A stretch of 64,000 nucleotides of DNA from NCBI GenBank assembly GCA_965232875.1, contig OZ247431.1:1110273-1174272 (forward strand), written 5' to 3'. The translations under genes and the position numbers were made by a program. The DNA comes from Dehalococcoidia bacterium (GTDB lineage Bacteria > Chloroflexota > Dehalococcoidia > Bin125). Shown here piece by piece: positions 8,597-17,957 of the stretch. Every line of letters starts with the position of its first letter. Position 1 is the first letter of the stretch. Below the pieces are notes generated by a model. It ran no database searches, had not been told where the DNA came from, and was given only the letters and a program-made list of their open reading frames with translations.

Positions 8597-9649
8597 TACA
8601 TGCACTGGCTGGCATTTCTGGCGCTATTGACCACGATCATCTTCGGGGCTTGCGCCGACGATGAGCCGCCCGATGATTCGACCCCTCGTCCTGAGCGTCA
8701 AGAGACTGATTCCCCCAGTACCCCACCTACGATCGATGAGATCGAAGGTGAGACGCTCGCCGACATCATGCGCATACTCTATCGGCGCCAGATGAGATCG
8801 CATCCCACAGTCTGTGCGTATGTGCTGGGTACGGGCGTCTACGGTGTGAGCCAAGCGCTTGACCGAGACACGCACCCAGCGCAGATAGTGGCTGACCTTG
8901 TGGAGGGTTGGACAGGAAGCATCTGGATCGGCGAGTTTGGGGACTATGAACTCTCCTGGACGGAGCTGCAGCGAATTGTGCTGGTCGCTCCAGACGGGGT
9001 CTCCCTGCCGCATCAGGGCTTCTATGACACAATCGGCGACGCCCTGGAATTCAAGTACATCCGAGGTAAGTTTGAGCTGACTATGATCGGACGTCTCTTC
9101 GATTGTAGCGATCCGAACGGCGCCTATCCCGATGGAATCGGCGAACTCGCTCAGCGTCACAGCGAAGATGAGGGGTTGTTCGTCTATGACGTTGAGGAAG
9201 TGGTCGACATTGAACACGGTACAAATAGTCACGTTGATCAGAGGTACTCGATCCTGGAGGTCGCCGATCACAATGATTGGCCTCCTGCGGTTGATCTGCC
9301 TGTGTTGGCCGACCTGTTGACGGAAACGGCGCGCGAGCATTGGTCATCGGAATTCGTCTGTGTGAGTGTGACGAGGCGGCCGGTCGATTCGGGCGAAGCC
9401 GGGACTGGTTTGACGGCTGACTCGCCGCTGCCCGAAGCATTCCTGCGAATTTTCGACGAGCTCCGATTCGACCCTGAGCAGGCGACACTGCTGCTGATCG
9501 GGACACGCAACATTGTCCTCGCCTGGGTCGAGTCGTATAACGACGCCGGCAGAGTGACTGCAGCCGAGTTCGTCAAGAGCGAAGACGGCAATTGGTCCGA
9601 ACGGACTTGGGTGTCCATGTATGGATGTGGCCCACTGGGCAGTGAGTAG
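8597..9649 (+). CDS. Hypothetical lipoprotein (MHWLAFLALLTTIIFGAC lipobox), 350 aa
   Basis: ORF with signal peptide plus Cys. Start placed at the ATG just after the carboxylase stop; the track's upstream start overlaps the carboxylase frame. Appears somewhat less GC-rich by eye. Flanked by the 52-bp direct repeats. Confidence 0.6.
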   Translation, partial: YMHWLAFLALLTTIIFGACADDEPPDDSTPRPERQETDSPSTPPTIDEIEGETLADIMRILYRRQMRSHPTVCAYVLGTGVYGVSQALDRDTHPAQIVADLVEGWTGSIWIGEFGDYELSWTELQRIVLVAPDGVSLPHQGFYDTIGDALEFKYIRGKFELTMIGRLFDCSDPNGAYPDGIGELAQRHSEDEGLFVYDVEEVVDIEHGTNSHVDQRYSILEVADHNDWPPAVDLPVLADLLTETAREHWSSEFVCVSVTRRPVDSGEAGTGLTADSPLPEAFLRIFDELRFDPEQATLLLIGTRNIVLAWVESYNDAGRVTAAEFVKSEDGNWSERTWVSMYGCGPLGSE

Positions 9650-9653
9650 CGTC

Positions 9654-9705
9654 GCCAACGCCGGGGCGCACCGGCAAGAAGCGTCCCTACATCGATACGT
9701 GGTAA
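9654..9705. repeat. Right copy of the 52-bp direct repeat; encodes ...PTPGRTGKKRPYIDTW* in frame, i.e. a second copy of the carboxylase C-terminus
   Basis: GCCAACGCCGGGGCGCACCGGCAAGAAGCGTCCCTACATCGATACGTGGTAA. Confidence 0.8.
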
Positions 9706-9839
9706 CGAATTGTTCACCGCTGGCTATCGGCTGCCCTGTGGCTCTGCAATCTCTATAGAGTGAACCGACCACAGGAGAGTCCGGGAACTCGCCAGGGTTG
9801 GAGGGCTGATGGTCATGCAGAGCAATTGGCTACGAGATC

Positions 9840-10475
9840 GTGAAGGGTTGGGTCGGCTGGCTCGGCCGCAGCATTGGAGTTGCGGCGCTCCTGCTGGTGT
9901 TGGGGCTGACCCTGCCGCAACCCTCTAGCGACGCCGCGCAGGGCACGAAGTCGTGGGCGTCAAGCACGGTGTACTTCGAGCGCAAAGGAGACTGGTCCAG
10001 CGTTCCGAACAGCTATCGGAATGCCGTGCTTCGAGCGGACAACGAATGGGCCGACAACACCCGCTGGAATCCAATCATCACCGCGAGCCCGGCACACAAC
10101 GGCATCTACTGGGGTAATGACGAAGATCCATGGGCCTCTCGAAGTTGCACTCCGCCAGTTTCAACTTCCGATGCGTTCGGCAAGGAATGTAAGCGATTCG
10201 TCCCTGGGAGGATCACTAACTCGGAGATCATGTTGAATGCGGCCAGGTCATGGGATAGCGATCGTGTTCAGGGTGTCATGACTCACGAGCTTGGGCACTC
10301 AGGAGGCTTGACCCACGATCCGGTTTACACAGCAGAGATCCCGAGCACCTCGACCTGTCAGTCCACGAATCAGCATCGTTGGACGATGTGCTCGAAGTTC
10401 TTGGACGACAACGCATCCTGGGCGGCTAGCACCGAACGGCATGATCGCGATGATGCCGACGCGATGTACCCGTAG
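9840..10475 (+). CDS. Secreted metzincin-type zinc metalloprotease (snapalysin/M7-like small neutral protease)
   Basis: Signal peptide. Extended zinc-binding motif HELGHSGGLTHD (HExxHxxGxxH). C-terminal Met-turn-like ADAMYP. 211 aa. Confidence 0.75.
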   Translation: MKGWVGWLGRSIGVAALLLVLGLTLPQPSSDAAQGTKSWASSTVYFERKGDWSSVPNSYRNAVLRADNEWADNTRWNPIITASPAHNGIYWGNDEDPWASRSCTPPVSTSDAFGKECKRFVPGRITNSEIMLNAARSWDSDRVQGVMTHELGHSGGLTHDPVYTAEIPSTSTCQSTNQHRWTMCSKFLDDNASWAASTERHDRDDADAMYP

Positions 10476-10517
10476 CCGTCAGGCCCAACCTATGGCACTC
10501 AGAGAAAGAACAGAACC

Positions 10518-11060
10518 ATGTCTACCTCCAGACTCAACCGACTGACAGGAGCTAGGTGGCTTCGGATCGGGATCTTGGTGATCGTCGTTGCCGCGGCCAC
10601 GGCCGTCTGGCTGACTCGATCAGGGGAGCGCCCGGTGCTCGCGATCGCGCACATGTCGCTTAACGAGATCGAGTCGCAATTGTATGCGGAGCTCAAGGCG
10701 ATTCACGGCCGCGAAGTTTGCGGCATCGAGGAAACTTCAACGCCAGACGCCAGCGGCTACAGCAGCAACCTCGTCTCGGAGCACGAGAACGGCCTACCGT
10801 CCCAGCGAGTCATCGAATGGCTCGAAGAGTCTGAGCACAGCTTCGACCAGGTCGACGACTATCAATTGTCCGGGTCAAGCGTGGTGTTTCTCGCCTATGC
10901 AGAAGACCGCAATGAGGACAGCCTCGTCACGTTGGTTAACGGTGATCAGGTACATGCCAACGTCGTGGTGGTGCACGCTCTGTCGGGCGGGAACAGAGGC
11001 GAGGATCGCTGGGAGATCGTTCACGGTGCTTCGTACTGGATTTGCGATCCGTTGGAGTAA
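10518..11060 (+). CDS. Hypothetical N-terminally membrane-anchored protein
   Basis: 180-aa ORF with one N-terminal TM helix (WLRIGILVIVVAAATAVWL). No recognisable family. Confidence 0.5.
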   Translation: MSTSRLNRLTGARWLRIGILVIVVAAATAVWLTRSGERPVLAIAHMSLNEIESQLYAELKAIHGREVCGIEETSTPDASGYSSNLVSEHENGLPSQRVIEWLEESEHSFDQVDDYQLSGSSVVFLAYAEDRNEDSLVTLVNGDQVHANVVVVHALSGGNRGEDRWEIVHGASYWICDPLE

Positions 11061-11213
11061 CGAACCCAGCCCAAGCGGCCAGCGGCGAGGAGACTCGTTG
11101 CTGGGCGGTTATCGTTGAGAGCCGATCGGACATTCGACCGAAGTGTCGATCTCGTCCGAGGTGTCGGAGAAGATGCGGCGAACTGCCGCAGCGACTCCGC
11201 CTGTGTTGGAAGG

Positions 11214-11720
11214 ATGTCTTTCACGGTGCGCCGCCTGCTTGCTAGTTTGTTCGCGGGCGCAATCGTTGCAACTTTGAGCGCTGCCTGCGGCGCTGCCGAC
11301 GACCGAGGGCAGAACTCGGTCGACCAAGCCCAGTTCAGCTTGGTCGGCCTCGATGGACACGAGGCGACGCAAGCGGTCTACGAGCGCGTGGGCGAACGGT
11401 ACGGCCTCGATTGCGAGCAGAGTTGGGAAGCGTCGCTCGATGTCACCGGACTCGATCCCAACTACCCCGAAGCGAGCGGTCTAGCGGACGGTTCGGAGCC
11501 GACGCCGGAGATCCTCGACGCGATTCGAGAGGCGGGTAGCCATCCCGACTCCTTCGAGCACTGGTACGTGACATCGACACGTGCGGTGTTCGCGTCGTTC
11601 GAGATTGAAGAGGGCTGGAACGCGCTGCCGGAAGTGATTCAGGTCTTGTGGCTCGGCTACGACGCGGAAGGCACGCCGCGCTGGGGCGCCGATTACGGAG
11701 CGTTGCTGGGGCCATGTTGA
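11214..11720 (+). CDS. Hypothetical lipoprotein (MSFTVRRLLASLFAGAIVATLSAAC)
   Basis: ORF with lipoprotein signal. Start moved to the internal ATG that carries the signal peptide. No family assignment. Confidence 0.5.
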   Translation: MSFTVRRLLASLFAGAIVATLSAACGAADDRGQNSVDQAQFSLVGLDGHEATQAVYERVGERYGLDCEQSWEASLDVTGLDPNYPEASGLADGSEPTPEILDAIREAGSHPDSFEHWYVTSTRAVFASFEIEEGWNALPEVIQVLWLGYDAEGTPRWGADYGALLGPC

Positions 11721-11748
11721 TCGCGGATGCGTGGGACGAAGCGTTGAG

Positions 11749-11825
11749 TGGCGACCCCGAGCGGATTCGAACCGCCGGTCTCCACCTTGACAGGGTGGCG
11801 TGTTAGGCCGCTACACCACGGGGCC
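11749..11825 (-). tRNA. tRNA-Asp (anticodon GUC)
   Basis: Reverse complement GGCCCCGTGGTGTAGCGGCCTAACACGCCACCCTGTCAAGGTGGAGACCGGCGGTTCGAATCCGCTCGGGGTCGCCA folds as a cloverleaf: 7-bp acceptor stem, GTGT/ACAC D-stem, CCACC/GGTGG anticodon stem with loop CTGTCAA, T-arm GGTTCGAATCC, encoded CCA. Confidence 0.85.
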
Positions 11826-11901
11826 GTACGATTCAGTTTAGGCTGACTAGCCGGATTCGGCAACAGCGCATAAGGTGTAGGTAGAGCGTCGGAGGTTGCA
11901 A

Positions 11902-12282
11902 ATGGCTCGCGGATCACGACGGGGACGAGGCGGCTCGAATCGCGCGCAACAGGCTGGCCGGCCGCAGGGCCGGCGCGGTCAACGAGGCCGGGAAGACACG
12001 CTGCCGACTGCGCAGGCCGGCGCGGCGAATGCTCCGGTCGGGGCGTCCCTGAGTGGAAACATCCAGCAGCGGTCACGTGTGGGCGGCGCCAGTACGGCCA
12101 ATACGACAGGTGGGCCGCGCGCAGGCGCAGCCGGCGCACACGAGCGCCGAGACCGCCGCGCGCGCGCCGCCGCCGCGATGCACGACTTCCACTACGTCAG
12201 CGGAGATCTGCGCTGGGTCGCGATCACGACCGTCGCCAGCGTCGCCCTGGTGCTCGCGCTGTGGGCTGCGATCTCGTTCTAG
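11902..12282 (+). CDS. Hypothetical small protein: Arg/Gly-rich N-terminus and C-terminal TM anchor
   Basis: GGAGG RBS 8 nt upstream of the ATG. C-terminal WVAITTVASVALVLALWAAISF. Low complexity, so coding status uncertain. Confidence 0.4.
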   Translation: MARGSRRGRGGSNRAQQAGRPQGRRGQRGREDTLPTAQAGAANAPVGASLSGNIQQRSRVGGASTANTTGGPRAGAAGAHERRDRRARAAAAMHDFHYVSGDLRWVAITTVASVALVLALWAAISF

Positions 12283-12351
12283 CATTGCGCCCCTACCCCA
12301 CTTCACACACCCGATCCCAGCGCCTGCGTGAGTGTCGCAGGAGTCAGACTG

Positions 12352-12535
12352 TTTGGTTGATTCCCAGTCCCCGCTTCACGGAGGCCTCTGCAAAACTCCC
12401 CTTCTCCCCCCTTGCGGGGGAGATGTCACGGAGTGACAGAGGGGGGGCGGCTGATGACGACCAGATAGGGCTCCTGAACAGCGGACCCCCCTCTGCCTTC
12501 GGCATCTCCCCCGCAAGGGGGGAGAAGGGATTCGA
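12352..12535. repeat. Copy B of the ~200-bp palindromic repeat element (lacks the right outer arm)
   Basis: CAGTCCCCGCTTCACGGAGGCC...CCTTGCGGGGGAGATGTCACGGAGTGACAGAGGGGGGG...GGCATCTCCCCCGCAAGGGGGGAGAAGG. Confidence 0.75.
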
Positions 12536-12607
12536 GAGCGCTTGTTGGTGAGGAGCATTTCCTCGCGTGAAGCCAGTATCAGGCGATTTGCCTCTGTGTT
12601 GGCAAGA

Positions 12608-13072
12608 CTAGGTCTGCGGCGGCGGATCAACCAACGCAAACGTCAAGCGACCTTCCGCAGCGGTCTCCCCCTCGACTGTCGCTTTGGCGCTGGCTCGTCC
12701 GATGCCTCGGCGCAGACGATCCATTTCCACTTCGAGTCTCAGTTGATCTCCCGGCACGACCTGGCGTCGGAAACGGACGCCGTCTATTCCGGCGAAGAGA
12801 CCTAGCTTGCCCTTGAACTCGTCAGCCGACAGAGCCGCGACGGCGCCGGTCTGGGCGAGCGCTTCGATGATCAACACGCCGGGCATGATCGGATTGTCGG
12901 GGAAGTGACCCTCAAAGAACCACTCGTTGGTCGTCACGTTCTTGAGACCGACCGCGCGTTTGCCCGGCTGCAGTTCGACAATCCGGTCGACCAGCAGGAT
13001 TGGGTATCGGTGGGGGATGATGCGACGAATGTCTCGTACATCCAGCGGCAGTTCGTAGTCGGCCATGGTCAC
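12608..13072 (-). CDS. fabZ: 3-hydroxyacyl-ACP dehydratase FabZ
   Basis: Hot-dog fold signature [19 protein letters not shown], 154 aa. Confidence 0.9.
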   Translation of the reverse strand: MTMADYELPLDVRDIRRIIPHRYPILLVDRIVELQPGKRAVGLKNVTTNEWFFEGHFPDNPIMPGVLIIEALAQTGAVAALSADEFKGKLGLFAGIDGVRFRRQVVPGDQLRLEVEMDRLRRGIGRASAKATVEGETAAEGRLTFALVDPPPQT

Positions 13073-13899
13073 AGGTCCTTCAGGATGTTGATGATCTGTT
13101 CGGCGGCATAGTCGGGCATCGGCACGTTCGCCGGACGAATCTCGTCGGGATGCAGTCCGTGATAATCGGAGCCAATGGTCGGCGTTAAGCCAAGCGTTCT
13201 GGCGAGCCGCTGGCCGTTCGCGATCTCGTCTGGTCCGTCGTTTCGGTAGTAGATTTCGAGACCGTCGCCGCCCGCGTCTGCAAAGGCAATTGTTGCGCTC
13301 GTCGGCTCGTCATAGCGGGTGGGATGCGCCAGGGAGGCGAATCCGCTGGCTGCGTGGATCATTGCCAACGAGTCGGTCAGACTCAACAGTGCCCGAGGAA
13401 TGTAAGCAGGGCCGTCGTTACGTAGGAATCGATTGAATGCATCCGGAACAGACTCGACATGCCCGGCCTCGACGAGCGCCCGCGCTATGTGGGGACGGCC
13501 AATCGATGCTCCGTCGGCGATCGCGGCGACCCGCTCGTAGTCAATCTCGAGTCCAAGTTCGCTCAATCGCTCCACGGTTCGCCTCGCCCGAGACTGGCGT
13601 TCATGACGGTAGTCGGCGAGTTGGCGCTCGAGGTCGGCAAGTGGGGCATTCGCCGCGAAATAGCCGAGCACATGCAACTCGCCGAGTACCGGGTCATTGA
13701 CGCCGATTTCGACTCCCGCGATCACTTCGACGCCTCGTCGGCGGCCTTCCGCCTGCGCAATCTCGACGCCTAACAGGGTGTCATGATCGGTGAGCGCCAA
13801 TAGTTCAGCGCCACGCTCGGCGGCTTGCTGCACAACCCACTCTGGCGGCTTCACGCCGTCGGAGTGAGTGCTGTGCGTATGCAGGTCGAGCCGCGCCAC
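13069..13899 (-). CDS. PHP-domain metal-dependent phosphoesterase (TrpH/YciV family)
   Basis: N-terminal [12 protein letters not shown]...ALTDHD motif. Confidence 0.8.
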   Translation of the reverse strand: MARLDLHTHSTHSDGVKPPEWVVQQAAERGAELLALTDHDTLLGVEIAQAEGRRRGVEVIAGVEIGVNDPVLGELHVLGYFAANAPLADLERQLADYRHERQSRARRTVERLSELGLEIDYERVAAIADGASIGRPHIARALVEAGHVESVPDAFNRFLRNDGPAYIPRALLSLTDSLAMIHAASGFASLAHPTRYDEPTSATIAFADAGGDGLEIYYRNDGPDEIANGQRLARTLGLTPTIGSDYHGLHPDEIRPANVPMPDYAAEQIINILKDL

Positions 13900-13932
13900 A
13901 GGCCGCCTTGCACCTTCCAGCTAGCGGGCCAG

Positions 13933-15423
13933 CTAGCGGGCGTACTCGGCGGCGCGGGTTTCGCGCAGGACGGTGACGCGAATCTGGCCGGGGTATTGCA
14001 GCGATTCCTCGATCTGCTTCGAGATGTCCCGCGCCAGTCGCATCGCGCCGAGATCGTCAATCTCGCGCGGGTCAACGACGACGCGCACTTCACGGCCGGC
14101 CTGGATGGCGTACGCCTGTCCGACGCCTTCGAAGGACGTCGCGATGTCCTCTAGCGCGCGTAGTCGTTCGATATAGCGCTCGACAGATTCCCGTCGTGCG
14201 CCCGGGCGACCGCCCGAAATGGCGTCGGCCATCTGCACGATGATCGCCTCGACTGAGCGAATCTCGACTTCGTCGTGGTGAGCTTCGATGCAGTGCGCGA
14301 TGTTCTCAGACATCTTGAACCGGCGAGCCAGATCGCCACCGATGATGGCGTGCGTGCCTTCGACCTCATGGTCGATCGCCTTGCCCACGTCATGCAGCAG
14401 TGATCCGCGTCGCGTGACTTCGACGTCCGCGTGGATCTCTTGCGCGATCATCGCGCCGATGTGTGCGGTCTCGACCGCGTGTCGGAGCTGGTTCTGTCCG
14501 TAGCTGGTGCGGAAACGCAGGCGGCCGAAGATATCGAGCATTTCGCGCGGCAGCCCACTGCAGTGCGCCTCGATCGCCGCTTCGTCGCCCGATTCGCGAA
14601 TGATGCGGTCGACATCGCGCTGCGCCTTGGCGACGGTTTCCTCAATCCTTGTCGGGTGGATACGTCCGTCGGCGACGAGCCGGCTCAGCGACAAACGACC
14701 GATCTCACGACGTACCGGATCGAACCCGGACACTGTCACGACATCAGGTGTGTCGTCGATGATCAGATCGCAGCCGAGCGCAGATTCGAGAGCGCGGATG
14801 TTTCGGCCCTCTCGTCCGATGATGCGTCCCTTCATCTCGTCGGAGGGGATTTGCACCACCGAGACGGTTGATTCCGTCGTGACCTCTGAGGCGACACGCT
14901 GAATCGCCGTGGCGACAATCTTGCGTGCGCGGGTTTCGGCCTCGTCCTTCGCCTTTTGTTCGGCCTCACGGACGAGACGGCCGGCTTCATCGGAAACTTC
15001 CTGCTCGACTCGCTCGAACAGCACGGTGCGCGCTTCGTCACGGGTGAGGTTGGAGATTTCTTCCAGCCGCTGGTCGTGCTCGGCTTCGCGCTCGTCGAGC
15101 TGGGCGCCGCGACGCTGAAGTCGCTGGCTGTCGCGATTCAGCTTGGAATCGCGGTCGTCGAGCGATTTGACCCGGTCATCCAACGAAGCTTCGCGCCGGT
15201 CAAGGCGATCCACGGCTCGCTGTAGGTCGTCACGCGCCCCGCGAACATCCGCGAGGATCTGGTCTCGTTCAGCTTGCGCTTGTTCCCGCGCGTCTTCTAA
15301 CCGCTCACGCGCCTCCCGATCGGCCTGTTCCCGGGCCTGTTGGATGATGCGTTCGGCTTCGAGCGTGGCCTCGATCCGTGGATCTGGCCCGCCGCGCAGG
15401 AGCCGCATAATGGCTCCCCACAT
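13933..15423 (-). CDS. rny: Ribonuclease Y (KH + HD domains)
   Basis: KH region NDEMKGRIIGREGRNIRALE. HD region LLHDVGKAIDHEVEGTHA. C-terminus IRVTVLRETRAAEYAR matches RNase Y. No N-terminal TM helix appears in this ORF. Confidence 0.9.
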   Translation of the reverse strand: MWGAIMRLLRGGPDPRIEATLEAERIIQQAREQADREARERLEDAREQAQAERDQILADVRGARDDLQRAVDRLDRREASLDDRVKSLDDRDSKLNRDSQRLQRRGAQLDEREAEHDQRLEEISNLTRDEARTVLFERVEQEVSDEAGRLVREAEQKAKDEAETRARKIVATAIQRVASEVTTESTVSVVQIPSDEMKGRIIGREGRNIRALESALGCDLIIDDTPDVVTVSGFDPVRREIGRLSLSRLVADGRIHPTRIEETVAKAQRDVDRIIRESGDEAAIEAHCSGLPREMLDIFGRLRFRTSYGQNQLRHAVETAHIGAMIAQEIHADVEVTRRGSLLHDVGKAIDHEVEGTHAIIGGDLARRFKMSENIAHCIEAHHDEVEIRSVEAIIVQMADAISGGRPGARRESVERYIERLRALEDIATSFEGVGQAYAIQAGREVRVVVDPREIDDLGAMRLARDISKQIEESLQYPGQIRVTVLRETRAAEYAR

Positions 15424-15601
15424 GGTGTCCTCTGCTCAATTGGGTCGGCATTGCCGTTGCGTTGCCTGTTGTCACGTTGAATCTCGCTCTGCCGGGCCTG
15501 TCGTACCGGTTGAGGCTGCCCGGTTCCAACATGGGCAGGTCGTCGACAGGTGGTCAGTAGCACCCAGAGTACGCCCGTTGACGATCCAGCGCTAGTGACG
15601 A

Positions 15602-16129
15602 TTATTCGAGTTCGGACCACGCCTGTCGTAACGCTGCGTCGGTGTCCGCCATAGCGAATCCACGCAGCGAGAGGCGCCTGGTGTGCAAACGCCGATACCT
15701 GGCCCAGGTCAAGTCAGGGTCGCGTTCCAGCGTCAGACGAAGATTGCGGCGGGCAATCTCCAGCGCGACGGCGTAGTCGCTGAGGTCTCCCTGTGCTTCG
15801 AGCGTGTCCAGTGCAGTGTCTGCGTCCTGTTTCGCGATGCCGGCCATCTGCAGTTTGACCGCGATTTCCTGCCGGCTGTACCGATGCCTGGCTGCCAGAC
15901 GTTGGGCTTCGTGTATTGCGAGATCGTGAGACGCCGATTCGCGCAGCCGATCGATGAAGACTGGATCAATCTGCTGGCCACGCTCGATCCTCGAACGTTG
16001 AGCGAACTCGCGGGTGCAGCGAATGGAACTGCCGTCGTCAAAGTCGACCGTTGACAGTGCGCCGATGGGTCGGATTGAGACGACAGCAGTCATTGTTCGC
16101 TCCGCGTTGAGTCGCGTCTGGCTGCTCAA
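15602..16129 (-). CDS. recX: RecA regulator RecX
   Basis: 175 aa. Position immediately downstream of recA plus RecX-like helical repeats. Confidence 0.75.
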   Translation of the reverse strand: MSSQTRLNAERTMTAVVSIRPIGALSTVDFDDGSSIRCTREFAQRSRIERGQQIDPVFIDRLRESASHDLAIHEAQRLAARHRYSRQEIAVKLQMAGIAKQDADTALDTLEAQGDLSDYAVALEIARRNLRLTLERDPDLTWARYRRLHTRRLSLRGFAMADTDAALRQAWSELE

Positions 16130-16137
16130 TGAGCTCG

Positions 16138-17373
16138 TTAGCTAGCTCGTGCTCGGCCTTTCTTCTTGGGCGGGGGTTTGGTGATCGGTGTCGCCTTGGG
16201 AGCGCCTTCTGCAGCCATCAGCGACTTGGCGGTGGGTAGGCCGCGTTCTTCGCGGATGCGCGCTTCGATCTCCTCTGCCATGTCAGTGTGTTCGCGCAGG
16301 AAGGCCTTAGTCCGTTCGCGACCCTGGCCGAGTCGCGTTTCGCCATAGGAGTAGAAGGTGCCCTGCTTCTTGATCACCGACGGTGTGCCGGTCGGAGAAC
16401 CCGGCGTCGGTTCGATCCCAAGGTCGATCAGGCAGCCGGTCTTGGAGATGCCGTACTCGTTGGCCGTGAACATGAGATCAAACTCGGCCGTGCGGAACGG
16501 CGGCGCAACCTTGTTCTTGACGACTTTCGCCTTGACCCGCGAGCCAATCACGAGCTGTCCATCCTTCAGCGTCTCAGCGCGACGCAGTTCGATTCGGACC
16601 GAGGAGTAGAACTTGAGTGCGCGGCCGCCGGGTGTGGTCTCGGGGTTGCCGAACACGATGCCGACCTTTTCCCGCAACTGGTTGATGAAGATCAAGACTG
16701 TTTTGGAGCGTGCAACCACGCTGGTGAGTTTGCGCAGAGCCTGCGACATCAGACGCGCTTGCAGGCCGACCTGCACATCGCCCATTTCCCCTTCGATCTC
16801 AGCTCGCGGGACCAGCGCAGCTACCGAGTCGACGACGACGACATCGATTGCATTACTGCGAACCAGCGCTTCGGCAATCTCCAGCGCCTGCTCGCCCGTG
16901 TCCGGCTGGGCAATGAGCAATTGTGAGATATCGATTCCCAGCCGTCCGGCGAATTCAGGATCCAGCGCATGTTCGACGTCGACGTATGCAGCCTGACCGC
17001 CCAGGCGTTGCGCCTCGGCGATGACATGTTGGGCCACGGTTGACTTTCCGGCCGATTCCGGTCCGTAGACCTCAACGATGCGACCACGAGGTAGTCCGCC
17101 GATGCCAAGCGCGACATCAAGCGACAACGCGCCGGTTGGTATGCCGTCGACGACGAGACGTGAACCGGTGTCGCCGAGGCGCATCAGGGCGCCTTCGCCG
17201 AAGCGTCGTTCCATATCGCCGAGCAGCTCTTCAACCGCGGGCGGAGGTTCGTTTGCCGCTTCGTCCGACTTGTTGCTGGACTTGCTGTTGGTTGTGGTCA
17301 TGGGCAGTGGCTCTTGTGCATCTGTCGCCAGAGCGATGGGCTCGACGCCGTTGTCGGTCTTGCTAGGTGTCAT
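16138..17373 (-). CDS. recA: Recombinase RecA
   Basis: GPESAGKST Walker [53 protein letters not shown]- and C-terminal extensions with an acidic tail. The true start may be an internal Met. Confidence 0.95.
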   Translation of the reverse strand: MTPSKTDNGVEPIALATDAQEPLPMTTTNSKSSNKSDEAANEPPPAVEELLGDMERRFGEGALMRLGDTGSRLVVDGIPTGALSLDVALGIGGLPRGRIVEVYGPESAGKSTVAQHVIAEAQRLGGQAAYVDVEHALDPEFAGRLGIDISQLLIAQPDTGEQALEIAEALVRSNAIDVVVVDSVAALVPRAEIEGEMGDVQVGLQARLMSQALRKLTSVVARSKTVLIFINQLREKVGIVFGNPETTPGGRALKFYSSVRIELRRAETLKDGQLVIGSRVKAKVVKNKVAPPFRTAEFDLMFTANEYGISKTGCLIDLGIEPTPGSPTGTPSVIKKQGTFYSYGETRLGQGRERTKAFLREHTDMAEEIEARIREERGLPTAKSLMAAEGAPKATPITKPPPKKKGRARAS

Positions 17374-17690
17374 AATATGCGCTCCTCCTCGTAGCTGAGT
17401 TTGGTCGGCGAGTGGCGTTCCTGAGAACGCCTGTGCTTCGTAAGTTACGAAAGACGCGCGCTAATGTCAAGCAAACGTTCGGCGTTAGTTGTGTTGGGAT
17501 TCGGAGAGGAAATTTGAGGCCGAAACCACGGATTCGGCGGTGTGGGCTGCGAAATGGGCCGCGGACTGTTCAGATTTGTCCAGATCAGTCCAGATTTCTC
17601 CAGATTCGGACAGTATCTGAATAGATTCGGCCAGCTTTCGTTGTGCTTTCAGCATGATTTCTCGGCTGGAGTCGGAATGGCCGGTTGAGA

Positions 17691-17957
17691 TCAGGTGCTG
17701 GTGAGCAGCGCTCTACTGATGATTTGCAGGACGATCAGCGCAACCAGAGGCGAGAGGTCCATCATCCCGATGACCAGGAAGCGGCGCAGCGGTGCCAGCA
17801 CCGGCTCCGTGACGTCGAGTAGGACCTTGACGAGCGGATTGGACGGATCGAGCGGCCGGTTGGTGAACATCGGCACCCAGCTCATCAACACTCGCGCGAG
17901 CAGGATGAAGGAGTAGATCTGGATCGTGATACCCAGGATGCGCAGGACTTCGGTCAT
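17691..17957 (-). CDS. YggT-family membrane protein
   Basis: 88 aa, two TM segments. Conserved position next to proC/yggS. Confidence 0.75.
   Translation of the reverse strand: MTEVLRILGITIQIYSFILLARVLMSWVPMFTNRPLDPSNPLVKVLLDVTEPVLAPLRRFLVIGMMDLSPLVALIVLQIISRALLTST

Noticed and set aside
11902-12282. Small R-rich tail-anchored ORF considered as SecE
   Set aside because: SecE normally lies next to nusG and tRNA-Trp and has a conserved amphipathic segment. Neither context nor motifs fit, so it is kept as hypothetical.
17374-17690. Possible SOS/LexA box upstream of recA (GTTCCTGAGAAC at 17417-17428; GCAAACGTTCG at ~17470) and CCAGAT-like degenerate repeats at 17560-17640
   Set aside because: Neither matches the GAAC-N4-GTTC Cheo-type consensus in the right orientation or spacing, and the LexA motif for this lineage is not known to me. 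Noted only as a candidate.
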